Below, one piece after another: positions 1 through 11,299 of a stretch of 64,000 nucleotides of DNA (the first letter of the stretch is position 1; every line of letters begins with the position of its first letter). The notes beneath the pieces were generated by a model that was not told the DNA's origin, did not search any database, and worked only from the letters and a program-made list of their open reading frames with translations. The position numbers and the translations under genes are program-made. Location: contig JAYWIR010000025.1 in the NCBI GenBank assembly GCA_036172245.1, forward strand, positions 2,790,001 through 2,854,000, read 5' to 3'. The stretch comes from Raillietiella orientalis (lineage: Eukaryota).

Positions 1-126
1 TTTGAAAGATATATATGTTTATTATGTATATATTAACATATACATACTTATATAGATTTGTTTCAACGTACATATTTATTTTTATTTTAGCATAAGTATT
101 TATTAGTGTTTATATGTGTAGTATTT
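1..126. other. AT-rich low-complexity segment ending abruptly
   Basis: TA-rich sequence switches to GC/CpG-rich sequence at ~127. Confidence 0.8.
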
Positions 127-656
127 TCGGGATTTGGGGCCCGAGCGCGCCCACTTTGCTTGGGGGAGGCGGAGACCCCTGCCCGTGTCTTTCCGCGCCG
201 AGTTGGGTACCAATAAAACGCTTTACGTACAAAAATCGAGCGGTGCAGCCTGTGGGGAGTTCCGAGCGCCGCCTTCCATCCAGAATTTCCTGTACCAGAA
301 AGGCGAGGCGAGGCTGCGCCGCCGTCCCCGGAGGGCGACGAGCGAGGGAGCCCCGTCGGGCGGTCCCTCGCAAACGCCCGCTCCTGCGACGAAGAGCAGG
401 GAACGTCCGCCACCGTCGCGGCCGCAGTAAAGGGCCTCGGGGATACCCCCGTCTTGCCGCGCCCCGGAGCGGCGGGCCGGGAGAAGACGGGGGTGAGGGA
501 GGAAGCGACCGGCGCATGGGGAGAGCGTGGCTCGAACGAAGGCGAGGAAGCCCCTCCTTCGTCGCAAAGGGGCGCGGTCTCTTCGTCCGAGGGCTTCCGG
601 GGCACGGGAGCTTCCGCCTGTAGCCCGGGGAAGCCGCCGTCTTGGGTATATGGAGG

Positions 657-855
657 TCGGCGCCGAGGAGAGGAGAACCGCAAGGTCTCGCCGGGGCTGG
701 GAGGCCCTGCCTCCCCGTTCTTGAAAATCGGTACGTTTGCGATGGGGGAGCGGGGGGCGAGTTGGTGTCGGAAGCCTGCAGGAGCAGCTCTGCAAAGGAA
801 CGCACACCTCGGAGAGGAGGGAAGGAAGAAGAGCGGCGCTTGCGCGACACAGGGA
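657..855 (+). repeat. 199-bp direct repeat, copy 1
   Basis: Base-for-base identical to 6561-6759 (tcggcgccgagg...gcgcgacacaggga) by manual comparison. Confidence 0.95.
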
Positions 856-1947
856 GGCCTGGCCAGCACCGTCGGACGCCGGAAGCCACCTTCTGGTTTG
901 GGGAGGAACAAGTCGTTGCCACGGCGACCCAGAAGATTGGTCTCCGACGCGGACCGGAAGATTGGCCCGCGCGACGCCGGCGTCTCGGCGCGGAAGGGGG
1001 AGGCTCCTGGTCGTTAATCAGTAGAGTTAGGTCACGGTGCTCCGGGTGGTGCTGTTAACGGTTGAGATCAGGGGGGATCCGGAAGAAAGGAACGCGGAGG
1101 CCTGCGGCTCTGGGGTCGAGGGGCTGAAGGTTAGTTCCCCTTCCTGACCTCTTCAGCCGCGGACCTTTCCGTTCCTGCGGGGACAAGGTCAGGGCGAGCA
1201 GTACTTGGAGGAAGAGGATCAGAGAAACGCCAGACCCGGTTGCCCGGAGCGACGCGCGTCGACTCCTCCCTCCTTCGCTGCTTCCGCACCCCTGGGCTGT
1301 GGACGCTCTCTGGGTTGGTGGGCGCGCCGACCGCCGCGAGGAGGAGATCTCAGGCGCCGGAGGAAGATGAGGACTGAATGCCTCCCCGCGCGCGGGTTCC
1401 CGCGATGCTGCTGCCGCCCTCCGGAGCGGGTGGCTTTTCAGTGGAACTTTTTCGAAAGACTTCGCCCCGGATCTCCTCCCGCGGAGTCTCTTGGGCGCCC
1501 CCTCTCGGCATGCCCGGGTCTCCGTTTCGCTTCCCGAGCGAGGCGGCGGCGGGATGCCCTGACCGCTCCCGCACGTCTGTCTCCCGGAATCCCTCGGGGC
1601 AAATTTCTCGGCGGATTTTGGCTCGCCCATCGGTGGATGGCTCTCTTCGCTCTTCTCGATTGTGCGGGGAAGGCTTCGGGTCATGACCTGCCGCTAATCC
1701 CGTTGGCTTCGCTCTAACCAACGGGAAACGGAACGCGGGATCCATGGCAACGGGTCTGCTGCTGCTGCTGATGGAGGCGCTCCGGTCCCGCGCGTGACGG
1801 CCGGGAGAGATCGCTCTTCGAGTCTCAGCCCGCAGACCGAACCAGCTCTTCTGTTGAAGCTCTGGGACGTAGACGGCATGGCAACGAGGTGATCCTCTCT
1901 GGGGGGTCACCTCACTTGGCACCAGCAAAGACCTCGCGGTCGTCCAT

Positions 1948-4900
1948 CTTCGTCTTGCTTCCTCTTTCCCGCCCATATTTTCTGCCGTGCTCGCGCTCTC
2001 CAGCATCCCGTTGCCAAGGCTAAAAGAAACTCTTGAGGAACCGTGGGTCAAACGAGCCGTTCTTTGCGGGTTCGGGCGCTCAGCCGGCGGCGCCACTCCA
2101 TCCCCTGAGGGGCTCCTCACCGGAAGGCTTGCGGCTTTCGGGTGGTGGAAGGGTAGCGCCCGTTCCGCCGGGGTCCGCCGACGCGAGCGCTGCAAACCTT
2201 CCCCCCGACGAGAGGCGAAGCACCCGCTCCTCCGCGCTGCCCGGAGGGCCCCCGGTCTGATCCGCCAGCTGACACTCTCCCTTGGTGCTCTCAGCAGGCA
2301 GGCAGGTAGCCCGGAGGGACCGTCGCTGTCTGACCTCGGCGCCGTCGAGGGAGGGGAAGCTGCCGCCGTCTTTCAGGAACCGCTCGGCTTACCCTCCGGC
2401 CGGAATCCGGCGCATCTCTCCTCGGTTCCTCTGCACTCGCGGCGCCCTCTTCGGCACTCCTCCGTCCCCCAGTGGCCGCTTTCTGGGATGCCATGATCCC
2501 CGAGAATGGACCGCGCCGCCACCTTTTTCCAGGCTCCCCAGCAGAAGGCACTCCCTGTTGGGGGCCACCTCCGCCCTTTGCATGGGTGGCACCCCGGTCT
2601 TTGCTGGCCTCTCCTCGCGGAGAAAGTCCGGTGCCTTCGCCTCCTTCCCCGAGGGTGCTTCTCCAAGGCCTCCATCATCCCCACGCATGACGGCGCCAGC
2701 TCCGGGTCGCGTCGGCGCGCGGATGGACGAAGCCGCTGCGGATCCTCTTTTCTCCCCCCCGCAGCTCCGTAGACTGCACATCCTTCCCGGTCTCCAGTGG
2801 ACGCGTCCCCGCGGGCTCGATTGCCGCTCCACAAGTCGCCGCCCATCCCCTACTCCTCGGTGGTGGTTCGTGGGTCGCCGCCATGGTTGTATGCGGGAAG
2901 GAAGGAACCCAGGCCGACCGTGGCAACTTCACCCTCGCTCTCCCCACGGGACCCCCCTCCTGCTCGCAGGTCAGTGCTGAGGGAGCCTCTTCGGGTGAGG
3001 GCGGAGGAAGGTCAGGACAACTCCCCCCCTCCATCTCCGGACCACGCGACCTCGCTGCTCCCTAGAGGGCGCGGCACCACTTCCGCGAGAGGGACGACCC
3101 GCTCTCTCCTCTGGCTCTGCCGCCGCTTCCTGCGGCTGCACGCGTCCCTTGACCTTCACCCTCCTCCCCTCGAACGCCACGCTGTCAGAACCGCTCCGAA
3201 CTCTCCTCCTCCCTTCCCACCACCTCCGGGAGTGAGTTCTCCGCGCCGTCCTCGCTCCTCGAGCGTCCAGCGCCATCTGGAGCCAAGCGACGCCAAAGTC
3301 TGTGGACTCGCGTGGCGGTGCCACTCCTCCCTCCCGTGGAGGAACAGGGAAGACCCGCCGCCGCTGCCTTCGTATCCCGAGGGAACCTCTGGCCGCTCAG
3401 GAACGACGGGGAGTGGGACTAGTCACTTGACTTGCTCCCCCACTCCCCGGGGTGGTGGCGGTGCGGGACGCCGGACGTATGCCCGCGGCGGACCCGAAAC
3501 TGCGGCTGCAGACCTCCGCGCAGCCTCCTGGAAAGACACGGCCGCCTCTTCTGCCAAATAGGTCTCGGCCGTGACTCCCCTACCCCCCTCCTCCCTTCTC
3601 CTTCCCCCACCCGGGAAGCGCCGTCGTTTGCGGCTACGGCAGCGCGCTGGAGGGGCAGGATGGAGCGGCCTTTCCCCCGCGAGGGGGTGGGGTGGAGGAT
3701 GAGGTGCGCTCCTGCCAGGAGGCAGGGAAGGGGCGGCGAACGTATCCGGGCGGGGGTGGAAGACAGCATGGCCCCAGGGCAACTCTGATCGCGAGCACCA
3801 CCTCGTTCTTCCCGATGCAGAGGGGTCCGGCAGGTCGCCGAGTCCCTTGTTCAACCAGACAGGGGAGGGCCCAGCCCGGGGCTATCCTGATGATTCTTCC
3901 GGGCGATCGCACCTGCAGCTGGAGGAAGGGAATGGCGCGGTGCCAGTCACCTCGCCCCCCGTGCCACGTGGAGAATCCCCAGGAGGCGGCACGAAAGGAG
4001 GGTGGAGCCGGCGAGGAGGAGGCGGGAAGCCACGTCCTCGCCGCGGAGGAGGCAGGCGGAATGGCCTCCCCTCCCCCAGTCGGCTCGAGAAGCGCCCCGG
4101 GCGGATTCGGGGGGGGGGGGACGCGTGCGAGTTAAACTAACTCCCCCTATTCGGCCCTCCTCGACCCCGCCGTTCACGGGGGGGGGGAGGAGGAAGCCTC
4201 CGGCGGTGCCGAGACGAGGCGACCGCCGCCCTTCCCCTTCCTTGGACCCCGGCGACCGGCGACGTCCACGTGGTCCAGGGCGCGTCTGCTGCTGGAGATG
4301 ACTCCAGCCGCGAGGTCTTTCGGACACACCTCCTTGGTTGCTATGGGATCCGCGGGACGGTGCAGCGATGGGAGCTGCGCGCTCCCCGGAATCGTGGATG
4401 GGGATGGGGAATTCCCTGACTCCTCTTTCCCCTTCCCTGAGGGAAGTGTGGGTGGAGGGCAGGAGGGCGGGTTTTGTGGCGCCTTTTGGCGGACGGGCGG
4501 CTGCGCGGGAGGAGCAGGGAAGACTTCGGTCCTCCCGGGGAGCGGCGTGGCAGGAGAGCGCGTGTTCCCCGGGCGAAGGGGAGGACGATGGAGAGGGGGA
4601 GGGAAAAAAGGGGGACGGTGGCCCTTCGCAAGACTTGGCGCGCGGAGGGTCGCCGAAGTTTCCTGTTCTCTTTTCGAGGGTCTCGGAAGGAGGAGCGTGT
4701 CACTACCCGGAGTCCTCGGACAGGCCGTCCGCGTCCCCCGAGGCGGCAACGATCTCGGAGACATCCGCCGCCCCCTTCGTCCCTCCCTCTTCGCGCCGGG
4801 GAGCGCTTCCGGTTCGAACGGCTGCGCGTGGCGCCATCGGCTCCGAGGACCTCCCGGGGGAAGTGTGCGGCGAGGAGGAAGGACGCCGGAGGGACTCCCC

Positions 4901-5500
4901 GGCGGAAGGAGCTGTCCGGCCACGCCCCTTCCTCGGGCAGAGGGGCCCTTCGTGCTTCCCGGAGGCAGGGTTGCTCCGCGTGATCCCACCTCCCAGAAGA
5001 GCGCAACCTTCTCCCTCTCCCTGCGGACTCACGGAAGGAAAAACAGGGACTCTGGCGCAAAGGCGAATTTCGGGAAATTCCAGATTCGCTCTCCTCCTTG
5101 CCATCGCGGTCGCCAGCTCCACGCCCTCTCCCTTCTTCCACCACCGAAGCCGCGAGCCTCCCCGGGAAGGCAGGCACGAGGGCAGAACGGGAAGGTCGCG
5201 GAGAAGAGGGCATCTGGAGAGTATGCTAGAGGAGGACCATCTTGGAGCCGATCGAGCCGGAAATCGGCTGGGGCCCCTCGGCTCCTAGGCGCCGTCCTTG
5301 TCGGAGGGTTGCGCCATCTTCTCGGCTCTGCTCGGCTCCGTCCTCCAAAAGACGCGCGGCTTGAGCCCCTTGCTCTTGCCCTTGGAGCTGACTCTGGATG
5401 GGACGACGCCGTCCGCGGGGAGGTCGAGCCAGAGTGGGTCCTTTCCTCGAGAGGGCGAGGTGAAATCCCGATTCTGCAAGCGGGATGCTGGCTTAGCACT
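1948..5500 (+). mobile_element. Highly decayed Ty3/Gypsy pol relic (RT-RNaseH-integrase order)
   Basis: LRLASS...IPLPRLKETLEE...RAVLCGFGRSAG (~1950-2085) resembles RT LRLCVDYR..YPLPRIDELLD..AKVFSKLDL. VDAS (~2797), EPRPTVATSPSLSP (~2905-2945) and RSLLWLCRRF (~3100) resemble RNase H. MLEEDHLG (~5225) weakly resembles the integrase HHCC. Catalytic residues are lost. Confidence 0.45.
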
Positions 5501-6560
5501 GCAGAGGACGACAGAGTGCTCTTCGGGAGTCGCCCGCGCTGCGAGGCTCAGCTGGTCAAGGGGGAGGGCAGGGAGCGAGGCAGGGTGTGGGGAGCGGCGG
5601 AAGGTAGCGTGCGTGGAAGGGAGGGGGTGGATGGACGTCTCCAGGGCGCACCCGAAACAGCTAATGAACCGCGAGGAAGGGGAGGGGCGTAGCTTCCTGG
5701 CGGAAGAGTTCCAGTCGGCTCTGGGCTCCTCCTCTCAGCCTCCTCGAGGCCAGAGAGCCCTTCCTCGTCCCCCTGTTTAGTTCCCCTGTGTCGCGCTAGC
5801 TGGCGCGCAGTTGCAGCGCCTCCGAGCACCATCTCGTGGCTCTCGTCTGAACTGCTCGCGCTCGCTGCCCACCTTTCATGCACAGCCGCCCCTTCTATCC
5901 CCACTCCACCTTCTCTCCTGCGGACTGTTGCAGGCTGCCCTTCACCCTCCTACATCTCATTTTCCCCCCAGTGAGGCCTGCTGCCTTTCATTTCGGACCG
6001 GTTCCTTGCTGTGCAAATTGCATTCCTTTATTCGTTTTAATCGAATGGCCCGTGGACCCAGGACCAGAGGACCCGGACGCCTCGAAGAACGAGACGAAGC
6101 ATCTGGACCCCGCTCTGGGATATTGCGCGGTGTTCCCGGCTCGGATCCAAGCGCCGCAGCCGCGCCTCCACCAGCTGCCGACGATGCAACGTTCCCCTTG
6201 CCCTGGGAAACCTTTCCCCGAGGAGCCTGCAAGACCCTGCTTCGAGGGACGACGTCTCCCCATGTGCTTCCTCCAGCAAGCGACCCGCGGCGAGCATGTC
6301 TCGGAGAGCTTTGGGCGCGACCGGCATCAGCTGGCTTTCCACGTGCGCTGCTCCAGGAATCTCTCGCGCCGGTCAGCTCCTCCTCTCGACCGTCTCGTCT
6401 GTCGGCAGCGTCCCCGGATGTTGGCTCCGATCGCACGAGGGGCGTGACCGCTGGTGTTAGGGAGCTCTTCCGGAAGCAGGTCAGGTAGTCACCTGGCTGC
6501 TTGGTCGTCTCCTTGGCTACTCGCCAACGTTCGCCGAGCACTCCTGGCAACCTCCGGGGC

Positions 6561-6759
6561 TCGGCGCCGAGGAGAGGAGAACCGCAAGGTCTCGCCGGGG
6601 CTGGGAGGCCCTGCCTCCCCGTTCTTGAAAATCGGTACGTTTGCGATGGGGGAGCGGGGGGCGAGTTGGTGTCGGAAGCCTGCAGGAGCAGCTCTGCAAA
6701 GGAACGCACACCTCGGAGAGGAGGGAAGGAAGAAGAGCGGCGCTTGCGCGACACAGGGA
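6561..6759 (+). repeat. 199-bp direct repeat, copy 2
   Basis: Identical to 657-855, offset by 5904 bp. Confidence 0.95.
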
Positions 6760-8689
6760 ACCTCGGGGGTCCCTACCGGCTTGCTCCTCTCGCGCCTTGA
6801 GAACAGGAAGGCAACCGAGCGACCTTAACGTCACCAGAACGGCTTCCGTTTCCCCCCTCCCCCCCGCCCGCTTCGGCCTGGAGCCCGTCCACGTCGTGCC
6901 CCGTCCTTCCCTGTCCTTCCGAAGACACGGCGGCAACAAGTGGATGTGGTTCGGATGTGGCGGCGAAGGGACCAGGCATCCGGAGAACAGGAAGGGGATG
7001 GATGGCGACCCCGAGCGGATGCACTGCTGGCGCACAGTCTGCGCAAGCGGAACGGATGTGTGCTCGACGGCGCAGGTGTGGTCGAACCGCACGCTGACCT
7101 CCGGAAGGGTGCACGGCGACGCCGAAAGAGGCAAAGAAGTAAGGAAGGAAAGAGACGTCCCGCAGTTCATATCCCGAAGGATCGTCCCTTTGCCTCTCCC
7201 CTCCTCCCTAAGATTCTCTGCCTGACGGCGGCGAGTCTTCCAGACCTGCCGACAAGAGCGACGGCGCCGTGCGCGGCCGTCAGTCGACCCCTTCCTTCCA
7301 CCCCTTCCGTCAAGCATCCAGCCGGGAAAACGCACGGATGCACGCAGAAAGGTGCCAATGCTCCTCGGGATTTTTTAGGATGGAGACCCACGGCGTCCGG
7401 CGCGCCTGCGCGGCGGAGATGGTCGTCTCAGCAACACTCACCTGCATCACTGCCCAGTGCCCAGGAAACCTCCCCCCAGCCCTCGTCGGCTCGCATGCCG
7501 AACGGGGGAACATTTGCTGAGCAGACAAAGCGACGAACGATACGCTGGGGGACCTCCCGGGCAGTGGGGAAGGGGACGTGGGCGTGCTGCCGCTTTTCCT
7601 CCGCTCTTCGGAAGGGAAAACTCCGCTTTCTGAGGCAACGGGGCCGAGACATTCCGCGCCAGCAGCGCTAGCCTCACGCCCCTTCCCTGTGAGCCCTGGG
7701 AGCGTCCGGAATCTTCCTTTCTTCGCGGGGCGTCAGAAAGGAGGTTCCCGCGAGGTTGCGCGGGAGCCGATGAGCCCTTCGTTCGCGTCCCCATTCGTCC
7801 CGGGCACCGTCTCTCCCTCTCTCCCTGGGCCTGCCGGCTAGCTTGGCCGGGAGGACGGATCCCAGGGAGCGAGAAATTCGCCCGCGGCCAGGTGCCTCTC
7901 CACAGTGGGGGGAACTCCTGGGAAGAAGTTCGCGCCTCCCCGGAAGGATTCTTCTTCCTCCCTTTCCCCTGGTGGGTCGGTCCGCCGCTAACGACCTGCT
8001 TCAGAACCACGAAGGCCCTCTGGCGGCGCGGATTTTTTGGCTCCTTCCCCCGGGGAGCCACGAAGGGTGACCGCGCCTGTGCGTGCGGAGAGGGAGTTTC
8101 CGCGGTCTCCGCCAGTCAGGTCGCGCCGCCCGGACCTCCTCCCCCGCTTGAGAATGAGGCTCCACTTAAAAGCGAGTAAGTCTTCCTGCGGAGAGGGGCA
8201 GCAGTACACGTGAGCGTCGTGGCTCGGGGAAGGGTACGTTTCTTCCGGGAAAGACGCGCCGCCGCGGCGAGCGATCCCCCTCCTCTTTTCCCTCCACCAC
8301 GTTTCCCCCCTCCTCTTTGTGAACGCCTTCCCACGCGCCGCAATCAGACACGGTCAGCTTCACCTCCGCAGCTGGTCCGCACCGCCGCAGACTCCGTTCT
8401 TCCGTGGACCTTGAGGTTTCTCCCCCTTGGCGGACGGCGAGCGGCTCCCGGAGCCATGAAGACACCCTCGTGAACGCTTCTTCGTCTCCACGCGAGCGAT
8501 GGGATCGGCCTCCGGGCCGGTTCTCGGAGGCAGAAGAGGGTGGAAGGTGCGTGGGCGACCGAGGAAAACGCGGAGGCGGAGGCCGGCCCGCCGCGATCGC
8601 CCGACGGCAACTCCTTTGGGTCGAGGGGCCGGAGACGACCTAGTCGCACTAGTCCCCCCCGGGCGCGCCCTTGCGGGCTCTGGTTGGAC

Positions 8690-9200
8690 CCGACCTCCCC
8701 GCTCCCACTGAATCCGCGGGGGGACTAGTGCGACCGTCCCGCTTCCCGTTTCTGAAGCAACCGCTTCCTCCGCCCCCCTCCGAACAGCTTCCTCGGCGCA
8801 GGCAGAGCCGCTTTCTACAGAGCAGTCCGAAGCACCCGGGGTCCCGAATCCAACTTTAGGGGTTGGAGAGATTCGCTCCTCAGGAGTCCCTTCCCCCTCT
8901 CCCATGCAGCCCCAGCTCGGCGTCCCCTTCCGTGCTTGCCTTTGTCGACCCTTTCGTGCCCCGAGGTCATGAACACGTCGATCCCGTGGCTCTCCGGCGG
9001 GATGTAGCGGTTCCTGGCCTCCCGTCGGTCCTTCGACCCGCGCCCCGGGGGTTCTTCCCGCTCCTCCGCGCTCCCACGTGCCCCAGGAAGTTCCCCTCCA
9101 GGTAGGCGGAGTTGACCTCCTCCCGAGGGGACACACGGTGAGGCTTGGGCTCGAACGGAGGACCGGGACGCACCTCCCCCCCTTCGCTCCTCCTCCCCGG
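8690..9200 (+). mobile_element. Decayed LINE RT relic (domains ~1-4)
   Basis: VLAFVDPF...EHVDPVALRRDVAVPGLPSVL resembles domain 3 (fiDf.kAFD.V.h..L...Gi). It is followed by QVGGVD...VRLGLERRTGTHLPPF, resembling the domain 4 region. Confidence 0.3.
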
Positions 9201-9889
9201 GCTCGAGCCGGCCAAGCGGGGCCCGAGGCCCTCTTCCGAGACCTCCGTGAGTGCAGCTGGAGGCGTCGACCGGCCGGTTGGCAGGAAGCGACGCGCCGCG
9301 GGAACACGTCGGTTTCGCCCCCGTGGGAAGGAAGGGGGGGCTTCGACCTCGGATGAGAGGTTGCTCTCGGCGGGCCTCCCATCACATGGGGAGCGGCGCC
9401 TCGTCCCGGTCGTTTCCAGGCGCGCGAGAAGGCGAGGGACGAGACGCAGCCGAAGGTGGGAAATGGAGGGGCTCCCGCTTCCGCCTTGCTACCGCGCAGC
9501 CCGGGAGCAACCTGCGGAGGGACCGGGGGAGCGGGATGAGACTCCTGCCCTCACTTCCTTCCTCCTCCGGTGGAAGGGTGACCTCATCGGGGGAGGACGC
9601 CAAGTGGACTGCGGACCTGACGGGCAGGACAGGTGGACGGCTCATTCTTCCGCAGCCCTCGCCTGCCGGACGTCCCGGCCCGCTGAGAGTCCGCAGATGA
9701 AGGACCCCCACGCTTCCCCCGTCTCCGGAGAGGAGGAGAGACTCTCCTCTGGCAGGACCCGGCGACCTCAGCACTAGGGCCGTGCACCTGCCGGTCAGGG
9801 AATGATGCCATGCTCCCCGAGGGCTGGAGGCGAAGGGAGTGGCCTTTCGGTCCACACCCGTATCCCAGCTCCCTCGTTTTCTTGCCCGG

Positions 9890-10150
9890 GGTGTCGGTAG
9901 AAGTGCCTGCGGCTAGGGAGCTGCTCTGGAAACTCCGGAGCCTTCCCGGAAGAGGCTCGGGAGGGGAATCCCTGCCGCGATCCCCCACCCTCAGCCGCGA
10001 GCAAACATGCGAGCCCTTCCTCCGGGAAGGAGGGATCGGCGCTCGCCTGCGGAGGGAACAGGGAAGGGCCACACGGCTTCCCTCTTCAAGGGGCACGGAG
10101 GGTGGCTTCCCGGGAATGCAAAGAGCTTCTACCCCTTCACCCTACGGACT
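9890..10150 (+). mobile_element. Decayed LINE RT relic (domain 0-1)
   Basis: VPAARELLWKLRSLPGRGSGGESLP resembles E...l..l...kspGpDG. After a frameshift, TASLFKGHGG...KSFYPFTL resembles i.llyKgkg...nyRPIsL. Confidence 0.3.
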
Positions 10151-11299
10151 CCCCCCCTGCCCCCCGGGGAGCCGCCGTTGGTCTCGGGAGGAGGGAGTCA
10201 AGGAGGAAGGAAGGGATGCTGGGAGGAAAAGGGGAAACTGCAGACTCCCCGAGTCTTCTCCCGTTCCAGCGAGGCCCCGTGGTCCCGGAAGGGAAGAGTG
10301 GCTCCGGGAGGGCGAAGCCGCTACCTGCCCTCCCAGAGACGCGACTTCCACGAGAAGACCGGGGAAAGGAAGTGTCAGGGAAACGCGGTGGGGGGAACGG
10401 CGCCACCGTCTTCCCGATGCGATCGGACGTCCAGGGACGCTCCCTGCCCGGCCCACGCCCCTCTTCGGGAAGGGGACGACCAGGCTGCCTCCTGAGGTCT
10501 TAGGGCAGCTCCTTTTCCCTTGAGTGATGCTGCAGGATGGCCGGAGGAGGAAGAAGGAGCCTCTGGGAGACCCCAGGGCCGCTCGGCGAGGAAAAAAAAG
10601 GGGTTGAGGCACCCGTGCTCCCCGGAGAACGCCGCCCACACCCTTTCTTCCTCCACCGGAGGCACCCCGTGTCTTTTTTCCTCACGGGGAAGGCGAGTGC
10701 CCACGCTCCGCGGAGTTGCCGCGGCAACCCATCCGAACCTCCCGCCTGCCCTCTGCTTCGGGACGCTGCTCCTCCCATCTCAGCCCGTCAGGGGAGAGGA
10801 GGAAGCTGCGGCTCCTCCCCGAGCCCTCCTGGCCGGGAAGTCGGTCGCTCATTCGGGCGGGGCGCACCTCCCCTCGGCGCCTCTCCCCCATGACGAGGGC
10901 GATCCCATGGGGGGAGCCGGCGGATAGGCCAGCCGGCTCGCCTCCCCCGCAAGGAAGGGCAAGAGGCTGCGGGCGTGTCATCCTGTAGCCGTCAGGCGAG
11001 GGGGAGACCCTTCCCTCCTCCCCTCGAATGGCTTCTTCCGCAGGCGCGCGAGGGCTGCCGGCGCGGAGAGGGAAAAAACGCCCGCGAGCGAGGCAGCGTC
11101 TCTGCTCTCGCCCGCTGCTGAGGCCGTTCCCTTTTCCTGCTGCCGGAATGTCGGGAAGCACGCGCATCCTCGACTGTGAGTGCTCTCCGTGCAAGAGCCG
11201 AGCGGGAGGGGAAAAAATGGAGGTTGACCGGCGAGTAGAAAAAACAAAAAAAAAAACACGGTTGCAAGAAACGAAACCCTCACGTTACTCCCCGCTCCC

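Noticed and set aside
4298..5692. 464-aa plus ORF as an intact gene
   Set aside because: Low-complexity GC-driven ORF with at most faint integrase ghosts.
657..6759. Intact LTR retrotransposon call
   Set aside because: No TSD, PPT or convincing PBS, no intact gag/pol, and the repeat itself lacks TG...CA ends.
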